From Octopus sinensis (lineage: Eukaryota): a DNA stretch of 64,000 nt. Shown in pieces: positions 53,040-64,000 of the stretch. The position numbers and the translations under genes were made by a program. Location of the stretch: the NCBI RefSeq assembly GCF_006345805.1, contig NC_042999.1:23002001-23066000 (forward strand). Direction: 5' to 3'. The notes beneath the pieces are model-generated. The model was not told where the DNA came from. It searched no databases and saw nothing but the letters and a program-made list of their open reading frames with translations. Numbering within the stretch: position 1 is the stretch's first letter; the number at the start of each line of letters is the position of its first letter.

Positions 53040-53365
53040 AATACATAAAACGAATATGAATGAGATGATTATATAACAATGAGGTTATGAATGGCTGCAT
53101 GCTCCCCTCATCACATGCAGTACCATTAATCTTTTTTTACTACAGTCCATTATTATCATGTATTTACATAACAATTAATTATCATGTTACATGCCATTGC
53201 AAGTATTTGAACCATTATATACATTCTCTTCAATTGTTCTATTTTTTAATCTTTTTTAAACATAACATAAAACACTTTACTCTTTCTTTTTTTTTTTTTT
53301 CCTTTTTTTCCTGTCAATTTAACATACCTATTTTCTTTTTATACCGATATTATTCAACCATCTAG

Positions 53366-53675
53366 CTCGTTGTCTACCCAACTAGGTCTCCAGTCGGTTG
53401 ACTCGACCTGAAGAGTCCGCTTTGTGATTCCTTCCTGCGACATTCTGATCACACGCCTGTTGTGAGCTTTCATACGAAGAAGTTACTGAAAAAACTTCCT
53501 GATTTCCGACCTATGCACACAGGGTAGTATAACACTACTCCAGAAATACCTCCGAGGAATCCCATTTCGACTGCTTGTATTCGCAATCGTACTTTATCAC
53601 TCATTACCTAGAATTCACAGCCATATGTGCACACAGGCACGAAAAAAAAAAACGAATTAAAGATAGTAACTTTTT
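53366..53675 (-). pseudogene. RTE-clade LINE fragment
   Basis: FVPVCTYGCEF*VMSDKVRLRIQAVEMGFLGGISG. Confidence 0.75.
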
Positions 53676-54668
53676 ACCAACCTCTCCTCCTAAATCGAAA
53701 TCCTATTTCAAAATTCAATTCACCCATAACTAACTTTAGACTTTACGGCCAAGGCTACCTAGAAACATAAACCATTCCAAATAATGCATTACACACACTA
53801 GATTTTTATGGCTGTGACTATAGCAAAATAAATAGCGGGGAAATGAAGCATAGTAATTCAAGTCTCAATGGATCTGCACAATACGACGGCATTAATCTGA
53901 CAGTCGAAATAAACTGAGAGAGCTATTAATGCTGTATTATTAGAATTTGGTGAAGATGGATGAGACATTGAGGCGAAAACGCTTTTAGCTGTTTCAGTTA
54001 CTATAATGAAAGTATAATTATCAAAAGTAAACGTGTTTCAGCCACTGGTAAAACCATTTGGGAATATTAAAAGCCTTTAATGGTAAAAGTTTAAAATGTC
54101 ACAGATACAAGTACAATTAAATGTACCGCCGAGATAAAAGGAGAATGCATTGCATTGGTCATGAGTGAAGTGTGTATGGAAATAGCTGTAGAGTTCTGTC
54201 TACCGTACCAGCTGGAAAAATTAGGTCATACTGCAGTATTACGTACTTTTAACAGCGCAATCTTTTTGCATTTAAGCCGGCCATATCCAGCCAAAATATT
54301 TTACCCGTTTTATGAGTTCAAATTCCGCCGAGGTCGACTTTGTCTTTCATCCTTCCGAGGTCGATAAATTAAGCACCAGTTGCGTACTGGGGTCGATCTA
54401 ATCGACTGGCAACCCTCCCCAAAACTTTCAGGTCTTGTGTTTAGAGAAGAAAAGAATATTGTACCTGTTTTGTGTTCAAACGAACCAGATCAAGTCTCTC
54501 ACACCTACCCTACAATGTCATTCTAAAAATAAAACAATTATATCATCGAAATCTCCAAGTTATGTGATAAGGCTTGATAGCTCAAAACAATATGAGTGAA
54601 TAAGTATTACATTTGAACGGATTAATCTGACTGCTAAACCATTTAAACCAACGGTCTTTCAGAGTATA

Positions 54669-55505
54669 CGTGGTCTGATCAGTAAGTATCCAGGGTGTTG
54701 CTATAGTAACGAAGCTAAAACACGCACAGTGAAGCCGCTTGGCGCATATTGACCTTGACCTCTGCTGTTGACGGTCTAGCTCACTTTCGCTTTTTACAGC
54801 AGTGCTTGGAAGGAAGGTGTGTAGCGTGTGATCGTCGCATTGATCATTACAGAGAAAGTTGAGCGGAGAATTTGCATCAAATTTTGCCAAAAGCTTAGCG
54901 ATACCTGCTCAGAGGCCTATGCAAAGTTTTCAAAAAGTTTTCATCGCTCTCGACACAATCAAGATCTTGTGCAACTGAAATCTGAGTGTCTTTTTGATCA
55001 GCTGAAAGCAATTTTTACCCAAAGTTGGCAGACACGCGTATCATACCCAAATCTTCACATCCTCTGATAACTAATCTGCACATGGTGAGCCGACAATTTC
55101 TCCTCACAGCTGCACGCACATCTGCAATATTTTTCTCAGGTCTTCTTGTTGTGTGTCTCCTAGAACGTTCAATATCGACATTTTTCGGCCATCTTGGAAA
55201 CGTCTGAAACACTCGTACACTTGTGTGCGGCACATACACTCCTCTCCATACACTTTCTGCAACTTTGCGTAAACCTGTGAGCAGTATCGTCATGACAACT
55301 TTCTCTCTGTCATGGCCTACGACGATCACACGCTACACACCTTCCTTCCAAGCACTGTTGTAAACAGCGGAAGTGTACTAGAACGTTAAAACTTAGTGCG
55401 CATGTACAGCAGAGCTTGAGGTTGATCTGTGCCAAGCGACTTTACTCTGCGTGTTTTAGCTTCGTTACTATGGCAACAGTTCGGATACTTATTGATCAGA
55501 CCTTA
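54669..55505. mobile_element. Non-autonomous mariner derivative made of two converging left arms
   Basis: TA TSD; arms of about 190 bp are inverted; ERRICIKFCQKL on plus, LQKVYGEECM..QVYECFRRFQDGR and EDLGMIRVSA on minus. Confidence 0.85.
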
Positions 55506-55806
55506 TATTCCTGCAAACTAACCGCACATTCCCCTCTCCAAATCACTCCACTTCACTCAGTCGATATATTACTCTCGAACTTTGCACAGGGGATACATAG
55601 GAGTCGCAACAAGAAAGCTTTCAGGCGCATCTTCTAACCACTATGTTTGTTTTGTAGTTGTTGTTGTTTTTATGAAGATGATGATGAAGGGAGACGGAAA
55701 AAGTCGAAGGAAACTGAAGACTGCCACGGATGAGTTTATTATAGGATATTTATTTCAAGGTTCAATCCACTATATGAAAAGCAGCAGCAATAGTAGTAGT
55801 AGCAGC

Positions 55807-55837
<31 letters not shown>

Positions 55838-56503
55838 ACAGCAGCAGCAACCTATTTTGCTCTTCGTCATTTTGAGTTTGTCCCCTTCTTCCTTTTTATT
55901 GTATTAAGTTGCCTAACCCACCCAGAACTTTTACCTTCTTGTATTTTCTTTTACCTGTATTTTCTTTCCCTTCACTGTCGTCATCATTCTCATTACCACT
56001 TATTTTTCCTCTTCATTAATATCAAACTTTTCGATATTAAGCCGTTATTGCTGTTTAACTCCAAGTTAGCCTTCACTAAGCAAACCTATGATCAAAAGGC
56101 ATTCAAGCCGTAACCGACACTCTTTGTTAAAGATATAGCACATCCAGGACAGTACTAAAAAAATTTGTAGAGCACAGCTACCCAATTTCTAGACGTTAAA
56201 CTTCACATCTAAGACAAATAAATGCTAGTAGGGACACTGTATTTCGTTACGCAACCGTAATACCAGGGGCGTGCTGCCTGGGTAAGTAATGCCTACATTG
56301 AATAAACTAGACTGATAGCAACATTTTCTTTTTATGGCAAAATATACACCAAATTCAGTAAAATTATGAAGGTTACTCTGATTACTATGCTTCATATATA
56401 TATATATATATATTTGTAGATATTAGATAGGCATAATTCGCCCCTGTTTTTCAATCTCAGTATTAAAGCTACGCATAGTAATGATGTAGTACACGTACTG
56501 CGT

Positions 56504-57715
56504 GCGGAGGCGCAATGGCCCAGTGTTTAGGGTTTTGAAAGCCAGATTTTTCTAGTTAACTAAATAATTTGAAACTTCGTATACTGGTAGAATGTGTCAA
56601 AAGAAAACAATAATTTCAACTAGTTTTTTTTTGACAAAAATGTATTTTATAAGTTTATACGTAGTTTAAATCTGCGAATTTTAACCAATCGTATTCTCTG
56701 TATTCAGTTGAAATTATTTGCTCCGTCTAAACATATTGTTACTGTGACGTAAACAGCACACACGTACTGTTTACTTTGGATGAATAATAAACACATATTC
56801 GATGTTTTTGTATAGGCTTCGGGTGTTTTCTCTATACAATGTATATATTTACTATAAACTTGTGCACACGCTTTGATTCTTCAGTTTGACACACGCCTTG
56901 AACCGGTTATTTGGCTTGTATGCACCCACATACACACACGTACCCATCCATATGCATACTCGCACATAATCAGGGGCCCCTCTGCGTTTTCGATCGTCGA
57001 TGTGCTAGGAAAAACACCCAAATCCCTTTAAAACCATATACTACTGGGTTAAAGGAAGGGTACATTGGCTAATATAATCATAGATGCTATATCTGAAAAA
57101 AGGGTGGGGGCGCAAAAATACGGGTTGGTCATAGTTGGAACCCTTTGATCCTCAACCGGGTTTATCAGGATGACCTGAGTTAAATAGCAATAACAATATA
57201 TTTGTAATATTGATTATAGACACAAAGCATATATTTTGGGGTGAGTGGAGAGTATAATCATTTATATCGATCTCCAATACTTGATCGATGTATTTTCTCG
57301 ACCGTGGAAGAACAGACGGCTTGTTTTGAATTCCGGTGAGGGTTGAAACCCGAACGTATAGGACCGTATGCCTAAACATTCTAACAGTCCTTTACCAAGC
57401 CCTTGTCAGTATGTAATATCATCTGATCCACATTATCTCTCTATTATTTGTCCACGCGTAAAAATATATCATCAAGGTGACATAGTTAAACTTCGACGAA
57501 AAATATTTGTGTGTGTTTATTGAGCGAAAACACCTAAAAGCTCCACGAGTTTCCGGCAGAGGGTGGCGGTGACCCCTGTTGTACTCTTTCGCCCCAACTT
57601 TTTTTCACTCTTTCTTGAATAACGCTGCGATGGACTGGCGTCCCGTCCAGCTGGGGGGGGGGGGACACATACGCCACAGGAACCGGGCCCATGAAAAGGA
57701 CGCATAAATAAATAA
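56504..57715 (+). mobile_element. S2 SINE split by a 974-bp inverted local duplication
   Basis: TSD ACACGT(A/G)CTGCGT; head at 56504-56532, body resumes at 57507. Confidence 0.85.
56533..57506 (-). repeat. Inverted duplicate of 49765-50739
   Basis: Near-identical reverse complement; ORFs 49892..50119 and 57152..57379 differ by one residue. Confidence 0.95.
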
Positions 57716-57748
57716 ACACGTGCTGCGTACACTGTTTTCTTTACGGGC

Positions 57749-57784
57749 TATAAAGGCAGAAGTAAATCTGCTTTCAACTCAGTC
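57749..57784 (+). promoter_or_regulatory. Candidate TATA box plus initiator upstream of a hammerhead
   Basis: TATAAA at 57749 and TCAGTC with the A at 57781, 32 nt apart. Confidence 0.35.
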
Positions 57785-58058
57785 GCGTGCCTCTATTACG
57801 TTTGTTTTGTGTGTTTTATTCCATAAAGGTCACCAACTACCTGAGTAATTACTGACAGCGCGTGCCTACATAATACACTAACCAAGTACGTTAAAGGCTT
57901 ATAAGTAAATACTGCGTCCTACCTGTGTTAGCAGTGCGATTCAATCGTACTAGTTGCCAGGAATGTGTTTAATATGCAAAACTGGTATATCCAATTGTGA
58001 TACGCTGCTAAACTTAGTGGCTGTTTAAGCAATGTGTTATAGTTAATGGCTTAGATCT

Positions 58059-58103
58059 GATGCTGAAGAAGGAACAATAAATCCTGAAATATCCATATAC
58101 GTC
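58059..58103 (+). ncRNA. Type I hammerhead ribozyme with intact core, predicted cleavage after AUA at 58099
   Basis: GATG CTGAAGA AGGA acaataaa TCCT GAA ATAT cc ATAT A CGTC; stem I is 4 bp with one G-U pair. Confidence 0.7.
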
Positions 58104-58619
58104 CTTTACTTTTATTTTCGATCGCATTTTTTACATAGACGTATTCGTATACGAAACAGCGTAACTTTCAGTGACGGCTCTAATTTCTATAGAAAATCTG
58201 TAGCAATAAGTTTACAAATAAATGTGCATATTCAGAAGGCAGTGAATGTCTACCAATGCATATATTATACTTATAGTGTTTTGCATTAATCATGAGCCAA
58301 GAGACTTATACATATACAACAAGAGTAGAACACATTTGTGGCCAAGGTAATTTGTATAATTTAAGCAAATATGATCAAAGAGAAATAACTTAGGCTGGCC
58401 AGTGGGATATATTTGAACAACATAGACAAATTCAAATATGTCAAATACTATACAAAATAATTTTGGATTTATTAAAAGAGTCATTTCCATCTCAAGAAAA
58501 TGCTATAATTACAAAATTGCAATTAAGACCGACTCTATCTGAGAAGTGGGGACAGTGACAAGAATTAAATTCCTTTATCTTGAGGGTTCCAGTGCCCAGA
58601 AATGTACTGGCGGGAAATA

Positions 58620-58824
58620 CAGCAATCCATCGACTATCGCAGGTGTTACGTTCCAAAACCCCTCGCGATAGGTGAAAATCCGCGAAGTAGAAATAGTGCT
58701 GTATTGTATTTTTATTTTATTTTAATAATTTGTATATATTTATTTTATCATAAATGCAAAACAACACCACGGAGGAATCAACGTAAGCTTAAATAATAAA
58801 CCGTGATATAGCGAAGGATTACTG
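58620..58824. mobile_element. Tigger/pogo-like MITE
   Basis: TA|CAGCAATCCATCG...CGAAGGATTACTG|CA. Confidence 0.7.
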
Positions 58825-58846
58825 CATAATCATTTTATCTGATAAA

Positions 58847-59237
58847 CTCGCAGTTATTGCTCGGCGTTGCTCGGGTCTGTTTCGACCCTTTAGAATTGGA
58901 ATTTTTGAAAAGAAAAAATTGTGCATTATGTAGCTTATTATTCTCTTTAAGTGAACATTTTTCTGGTTGAAATACACCAAAAAATGGCGACACAGCAGTC
59001 AAAAAATCGTAAAAAATAGGGATTTTCATAGGAAAAAAGCACCTTTTCGATGTAAATAATTTTTGGTGTTAACATGGTCCGATTTGAATTTTATCTTCTA
59101 CGGAAGGAAGAGCAAGCCTTCTTCTATCATACTCTCAATTTTGGTCAACTTGCACCGCAGAGTCTCGGAAGAGATAGTGTTAGTTGAAGGCTACCAAACC
59201 TGTCACACACAGACAACTTCAGCTTTATAAATATAGG
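58847..59237 (-). mobile_element. Non-autonomous Helitron, family H2
   Basis: 3' hairpin end like H1 but different interior; homolog at 61320-61698. Confidence 0.78.
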
Positions 59238-59667
59238 TTAAGAGCTTGAGAGTTACAAATGTAGAAGGAGCGAATTGTAAAACAAAATTTTTTTTTATTT
59301 TTTGTTTTTTCCAAAATAGAAACTCGTACAAGAAGAACAATAATAAGGGAGTTGCACCAAACCCCACTCAATGCGAACCTGTTTCGTTTTCTTTCGCTTT
59401 ACTCACTCCGCACCAGCGCCATATTTAGGCATAAGAATAACAATCTTCATTCTTAGGCACTCAAAATACGCATTGGCATTTTTTTTTGTTATCTCGCCAT
59501 CATTAAAAATTTGGGCTATCTCCCCACTAAAAAGTTTAGTTATTGTGGCGACAAGAGATTGGATTAAAAGAGTCAGATCCTTTTGATTCAATACTTCAAC
59601 ACATTGTTGATATTTTGGCCTCCTCAATAGAAATTGTATGATTTGTTATAAAAATGTTATCATAAGT

Positions 59668-60046
59668 GTAGGAGCGGCAGTATGGTAAGTAGCTTGCTTA
59701 CCAACCACATGGTTCCAGGTTCAGTCCCATTGTATGGCACCTTGAGCAAGTGTCTTCAACCTCGGGCCGACCAAAGCCTTGTGAGTGGATTTGGTAGACG
59801 GAAACGCAAAGAAGTCCGTCGTATATATGTGTTTATGTGTCTGTGTTTGTCCCGCCAATATCGCTTCACAACCGATGCTGGTGTGCTTACGGTTTTATGT
59901 CCCCGTAACTTAGCGGTTCGGCAACCGAGAGAATAAGTATTGGGCTTACAAAGAATAAGTCCTGAGGTCGATTTGCTCGACTAAAGGCGGTGGCTCTAGC
60001 ATGGCCGCTGTGAAATGACTGAAACAAGTAAAAGAGTAAAAAAGAG
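59668..60046 (+). mobile_element. S4 SINE
   Basis: S4 homology. Confidence 0.88.
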
Positions 60047-60227
60047 ATATTTCCGACGTACTATACCCCCCAAAATTACCCAAGGTGTCCTTCCATTTTT
60101 TAAGACGATTAGAATATCAAGCAGCTATTTTTAATACTTCGTACGACTACGTAACGACTTCTTCATTGGTTCGTCTTTGTCCACATTTTTATTAGTTTTA
60201 TTTTTTTTTATACTCTGCCAAATCAAG

Positions 60228-60333
60228 ATTGGAGCCTGGTGCAGCCATCTGGTTCGCCAGCCCTCAGTCAAAATCGTCCAACCCATGCTAGCATGGGAAG
60301 CGGACGTTAAACGATGATGATGATGATGATGAT
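60228..60333 (+). mobile_element. Retroposon 3' end with (GAT)n tail
   Basis: CCCATGCTAGCATGGG hairpin followed by GGACGTTAAACGATGATGAT. Confidence 0.55.
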
Positions 60334-60909
60334 TTCCTATTTCTTTCTGGAGGCATTGACCTATACATTAGGGATAGAACTGATCGTTAATCCCATTGAT
60401 TTCACGAAACCGGAAAAGCCTTAAAAAAAGATCACAGATGCTTCTTCACCTGCTCTGACTAACGAATAAAATAGATGATAACAATTATTTAAAAAATCTG
60501 AAGTCAACCAGTACAAACGTAGCTACTGTTTACCATTTTTGCTATCATGCTGTGATTTACCAAATCAATTAGCAAAGTTCAAGGCCGCCCTTAAAGTAGT
60601 TTGAACCTGGAGACGCTCTGTTTCCCTTATCACCAAATATATTACGCGTGATGTTTAGGAGAGTAAGCAGTGGAAATAACTTGCTTATATTGATCTCATA
60701 CAAAAGGCATAATTGATAAATATTGTTTATCGAAAAGCGTGATATCGATCGCTGCTTCATTACTTCGTTTCGTGTGATGTAATAAAACAGCACCTTTGGT
60801 TGATTTTTTTTTTAGAATGTAAAGAACACCCCCAGAGGGAGTTTTTATCGACTAATTACATGGATAATTTCAGTTAATCGAAATTATTTTTTTCCTGCTG
60901 ACTCTAACT

Positions 60910-61218
60910 GGCACTCCGTCGGTTACGACGGCGAATGTTGATCCGATCAACAGGACAGCCTGCTTGTGAAATTAATGTGCGACTGGCCGAGTACTCCACA
61001 GACACGCGTACTCTAAACGTAGTCCTAAGGGAGATTCAGCGTGACACAGTGTATGGAAAGGCTAGCCCTTTAAATTACTGGTACAACTCATTTTTGCCAA
61101 CTGAGTGGACTGGACCACTGTAGAATGATTGTCTTACTCAAGGATACAACGCAAAGCTGGGAATTGAACTCAACACTTGTGAACCAAATGCCCAAACCAC
61201 TTAACCATGCACCTTCAC
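60910..61218 (-). mobile_element. Diverged S3-headed SINE with tail type i
   Basis: Homolog of 22828-23141. Confidence 0.75.
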
Positions 61219-61289
61219 ACTCCTACACACTGTTATTACATAGGTAAGACCCAAGAGTATTAGGTGAAGATGTTACATAGAGATAGGCC

Positions 61290-61319
<30 letters not shown>

Positions 61320-61331
<12 letters not shown>

Positions 61332-61698
61332 CTAAAGTCTGTATATGGCAGGTTTGGTAGCCTTCAACTAACACTATCTCCTCAGAGACCCTGCGGCGCA
61401 AGTTGACCAAAATTGAGAGTATGATAGAAGGCTTGCTCTTCCTTACGTAGAAGAAAAAATTCAAATCGGACCATGTTAACACAAAAATTATTTACATCAA
61501 AAGGTGCTTTTTTTTTAATGAAAATCCTATTTTTTACGATGTTTTGACTGCCGTGTTGCCATTTTTCGGTGTATTTCAACCAGGAAAATGTTCACTTAAA
61601 GAGAATAACAAGCTACATAATGCAAAAGTTTTACTTTTCAAAAATTTCAATTCTAAAGGGTCGAAACAAACCCGAGCAATACCGGGCGATACTGCTAG
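61320..61698 (+). mobile_element. Non-autonomous Helitron, family H2
   Basis: CCCGAGCAATACCGGG hairpin then CTAG|T. Confidence 0.82.
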
Positions 61699-61711
61699 TG
61701 TAAAATATATT

Positions 61712-62136
61712 GGTTTCCAATTTTTAAACAATTACGGAGGAGGGATTAAGTCGATTACATCGACCCCGATCAGTGTTAAACTGGTACCTATTTTGTCGAT
61801 CTCGAAAGGATGAAAGGCAAAGTCGACCTCGACGGAATTTTACCTCAGAACGTAAAGTCGGAAGAAATGCCGCTAAGCATTTAGTCCGACTTGCTTACGA
61901 TTCTTTTTTTGTTTTTTTGCCCACAAGGGGCTAAACATAGAGGGGACAAACAAGGACAAAGGGATTAAGTCGATTACATCGATCCCAGCGCGTAACTGAT
62001 ACTTAATTTATCGACCCCGAAAGGATGAAAGGCAAAGTCGACCTCGGCGGAATTTGAACTCAGAACGTAAAGACAGACGAAATACCGCTAGGCATTTCGC
62101 CCGGCATGCTAACGATTCTGTCAGCTCATCGCCTTT
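61712..62136 (-). mobile_element. Two S1 SINEs
   Basis: S1 cores bracketed by CTAGT(G/A)TAAAATATATT. Confidence 0.82.
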
Positions 62137-62189
62137 CTAGTATAAAATATATTAAATGCTTATTAAACATATGGGATACACAGGTATAA

Positions 62190-62390
62190 CCCCATGCTAA
62201 CCCAACAGAGGGACTAGTGATTTAAGCTGACAGATGTGTGGTGGATAAAGTAATCAAGGATATGAAGGACAAGAAGAGGGCCCATCAGATGCGGGTCCAC
62301 CAGGGATTGTTACAGAGATGCTTAAAACATCTTTGGAAGTAGGATACAAGATTACTACCTAGATAGTTAATCGGGTCATACAGAAATGAA
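62190..62390 (+). pseudogene. Short LINE RT N-terminal fragment, RTE-like
   Basis: AGPPGIVTEMLK resembles the KAxGPDGIxxEMLK motif. Confidence 0.5.
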
Positions 62391-62551
62391 ATAACAGTAT
62401 CGTTGTAAACAATGTTAACTGCACCAATAACAGTTTACTTATTATTTTCGCTTTTTTCTTGTACATGTATATATCCAAAAACAACAGGGACTTCAATAAT
62501 GGTAATAATATTAGTTTGAAATTCTGGCTCAGAGGAGGGGTAAGTCAATTA

Positions 62552-62763
62552 TAAGGGGGTGCTGAAAAGTTCTTTAAGGATATCTTTAAGGCCTGGCTGG
62601 AGGCCCAAACCTTCCAAGTTCTTTTGCAAGGCTTAGAAAAACTGAAGGACCACTGCAATAAGTGTGTTAATCTGAGAAGGGAATATGTTGATTAAAATCA
62701 TAATTAACTGATCCGTCTGTATTTTCTTTTACCCAAAGCCAGGAACATTTCAGCACTACCTCG
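62552..62763 (+). mobile_element. Mariner deletion derivative inserted in an S1 SINE
   Basis: TA TSD; GGGGGTGCTGAAAAGTTC TIR; transposase C-terminus KLKDHCNKCVNLRREYVD*. Confidence 0.78.
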
Positions 62764-63253
62764 TAAATCAAGCCCAGTATTCAACTGGTACTTGATTTAT
62801 CGACCCCGAAAGAATGAAAGGCAAAGTCAACCTCAGTGGAATTTGAACTCAGTACGTAAAGACATGAAATGACACGAAGTATTTTGCCTGGCTTGCTAAC
62901 AATTCTGCCAGCTCACCACATCTAGTGTGTAATGGTGGTTTCAAATTTTGGCACAAGGCCAGCAAGTCTGGGGAAGGACGTAAGTTGACTACATCAACCC
63001 CAGTACTTAACTGGTACTTGTTTTATCAATGCCAAAGAGATGAAAGGCAAAGTCGAACTCAGTGGAATTTGAACTCAGAATGTAAGGACAGACAGAATGC
63101 TGCTAAGCACTTTGCCTAATCTGCTAATGACTTTCCCAGCTCGTCACCTTAATGGCCCTTTCTCCTATAGGCACAAGGCCTGAAACTTTGTGGGAGGGCG
63201 GGGGAGGGCTAATTGATTACATTGGCTCTGGCTCCAGTGCGTAACTGAGGAAT

Positions 63254-63800
63254 TTCAACGTGTTTTGTGGTCTGCTACTACAACAGCTCCTTTATAGGAT
63301 CCAGTTAGCTCAAGACATCATCAGGAGGAACCACGTCTGGTTTTGGCCCCTACTCCTCCACCGTTTTGATGTGGCGGGTCCCCCCACCCTTTCAAAGGTG
63401 TCTTCAGCTCTGGTGTTGGGTGCATGTCTTCTTTCTTCTTCTTTCTTCTGTTTCCTGGCCTCTTCGATGTAGCGTCAACGAGTGTCAACAGGCAACTGCC
63501 TGTCTTTTCAAATTTCCCTTTAAATACCTGCTGCTAGGCTCCAGCAGGTAGTCCCAGCAAGTTGTCACATGACACTGTCTCAACTTTAACTAACCAATGG
63601 AGGGTGCATAGTCTTAGCCCATGCATTCTCTAAACGAGACCGTCACCTGTCAATCAGGAAGCTAATTCAGTGTCAGCTTGTCTCACCTAGTGATGTTATT
63701 TCCTGCCGGCATGTAATGACTTTCAAGACATTTTTGGTCTTCCTGCTTCAGCCATATATAGAAGCTGGCTTTTTCGACCACCTCCTGTACTCTCCTTATT
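63254..63800 (-). mobile_element. Possible Penelope-like remnant with decayed terminal hammerhead motif
   Basis: LLYMAEAGR resembles YIGETGR; downstream CTC CTGATGA TGTCT...AGACCAC AAAA CAC GTT. Confidence 0.4.
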
Positions 63801-64000
63801 AGCTTTCTCAGTTCCGAGCTCTCAGTTCATCAAAAAAATGAAAGGAAAAGTCAACCTCGGCAGAATTTGAACCCAGAATGTAAAAACAGTTGAAATGCTG
63901 CTAAGCATTTTGCTCAGAGTGCGAACGATTCTGCCAGCTCACCACCCTAATAACGGTAATATCCTTTTCTACTCTAGGCACAAGGCCTGAAATTTTTCGA

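Overview
AT-rich, repeat-saturated eukaryotic DNA, intronic or intergenic; the SINE repertoire and microsatellite load suggest an octopus-like cephalopod (inference). I found no intact host protein-coding gene, and almost all listed ORFs are microsatellite or SINE read-throughs. The window holds four tRNA-headed SINE families (my labels S1-S4), LINE remnants (L1/Tx1, RTE, R4/Dong), Penelope-like remnants, a decayed mariner transposase, Tc1/mariner/pogo MITEs, three GGATC-ended elements with 8-bp TSDs, and four non-autonomous Helitrons. The most interesting signal is about a dozen hammerhead-ribozyme-like motifs of several unrelated sequence families, many in short islands beside (TA)n tracts. 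Two have intact catalytic cores (22110-22192 and 58059-58103); the first lies in a 452-bp partial-tandem unit resembling a retrozyme or Penelope pseudo-LTR. Also notable are a stack of (TAA)n-embedded retroelement 3' ends and many locally templated inverted insertions. All calls were made by eye, so element boundaries are approximate.
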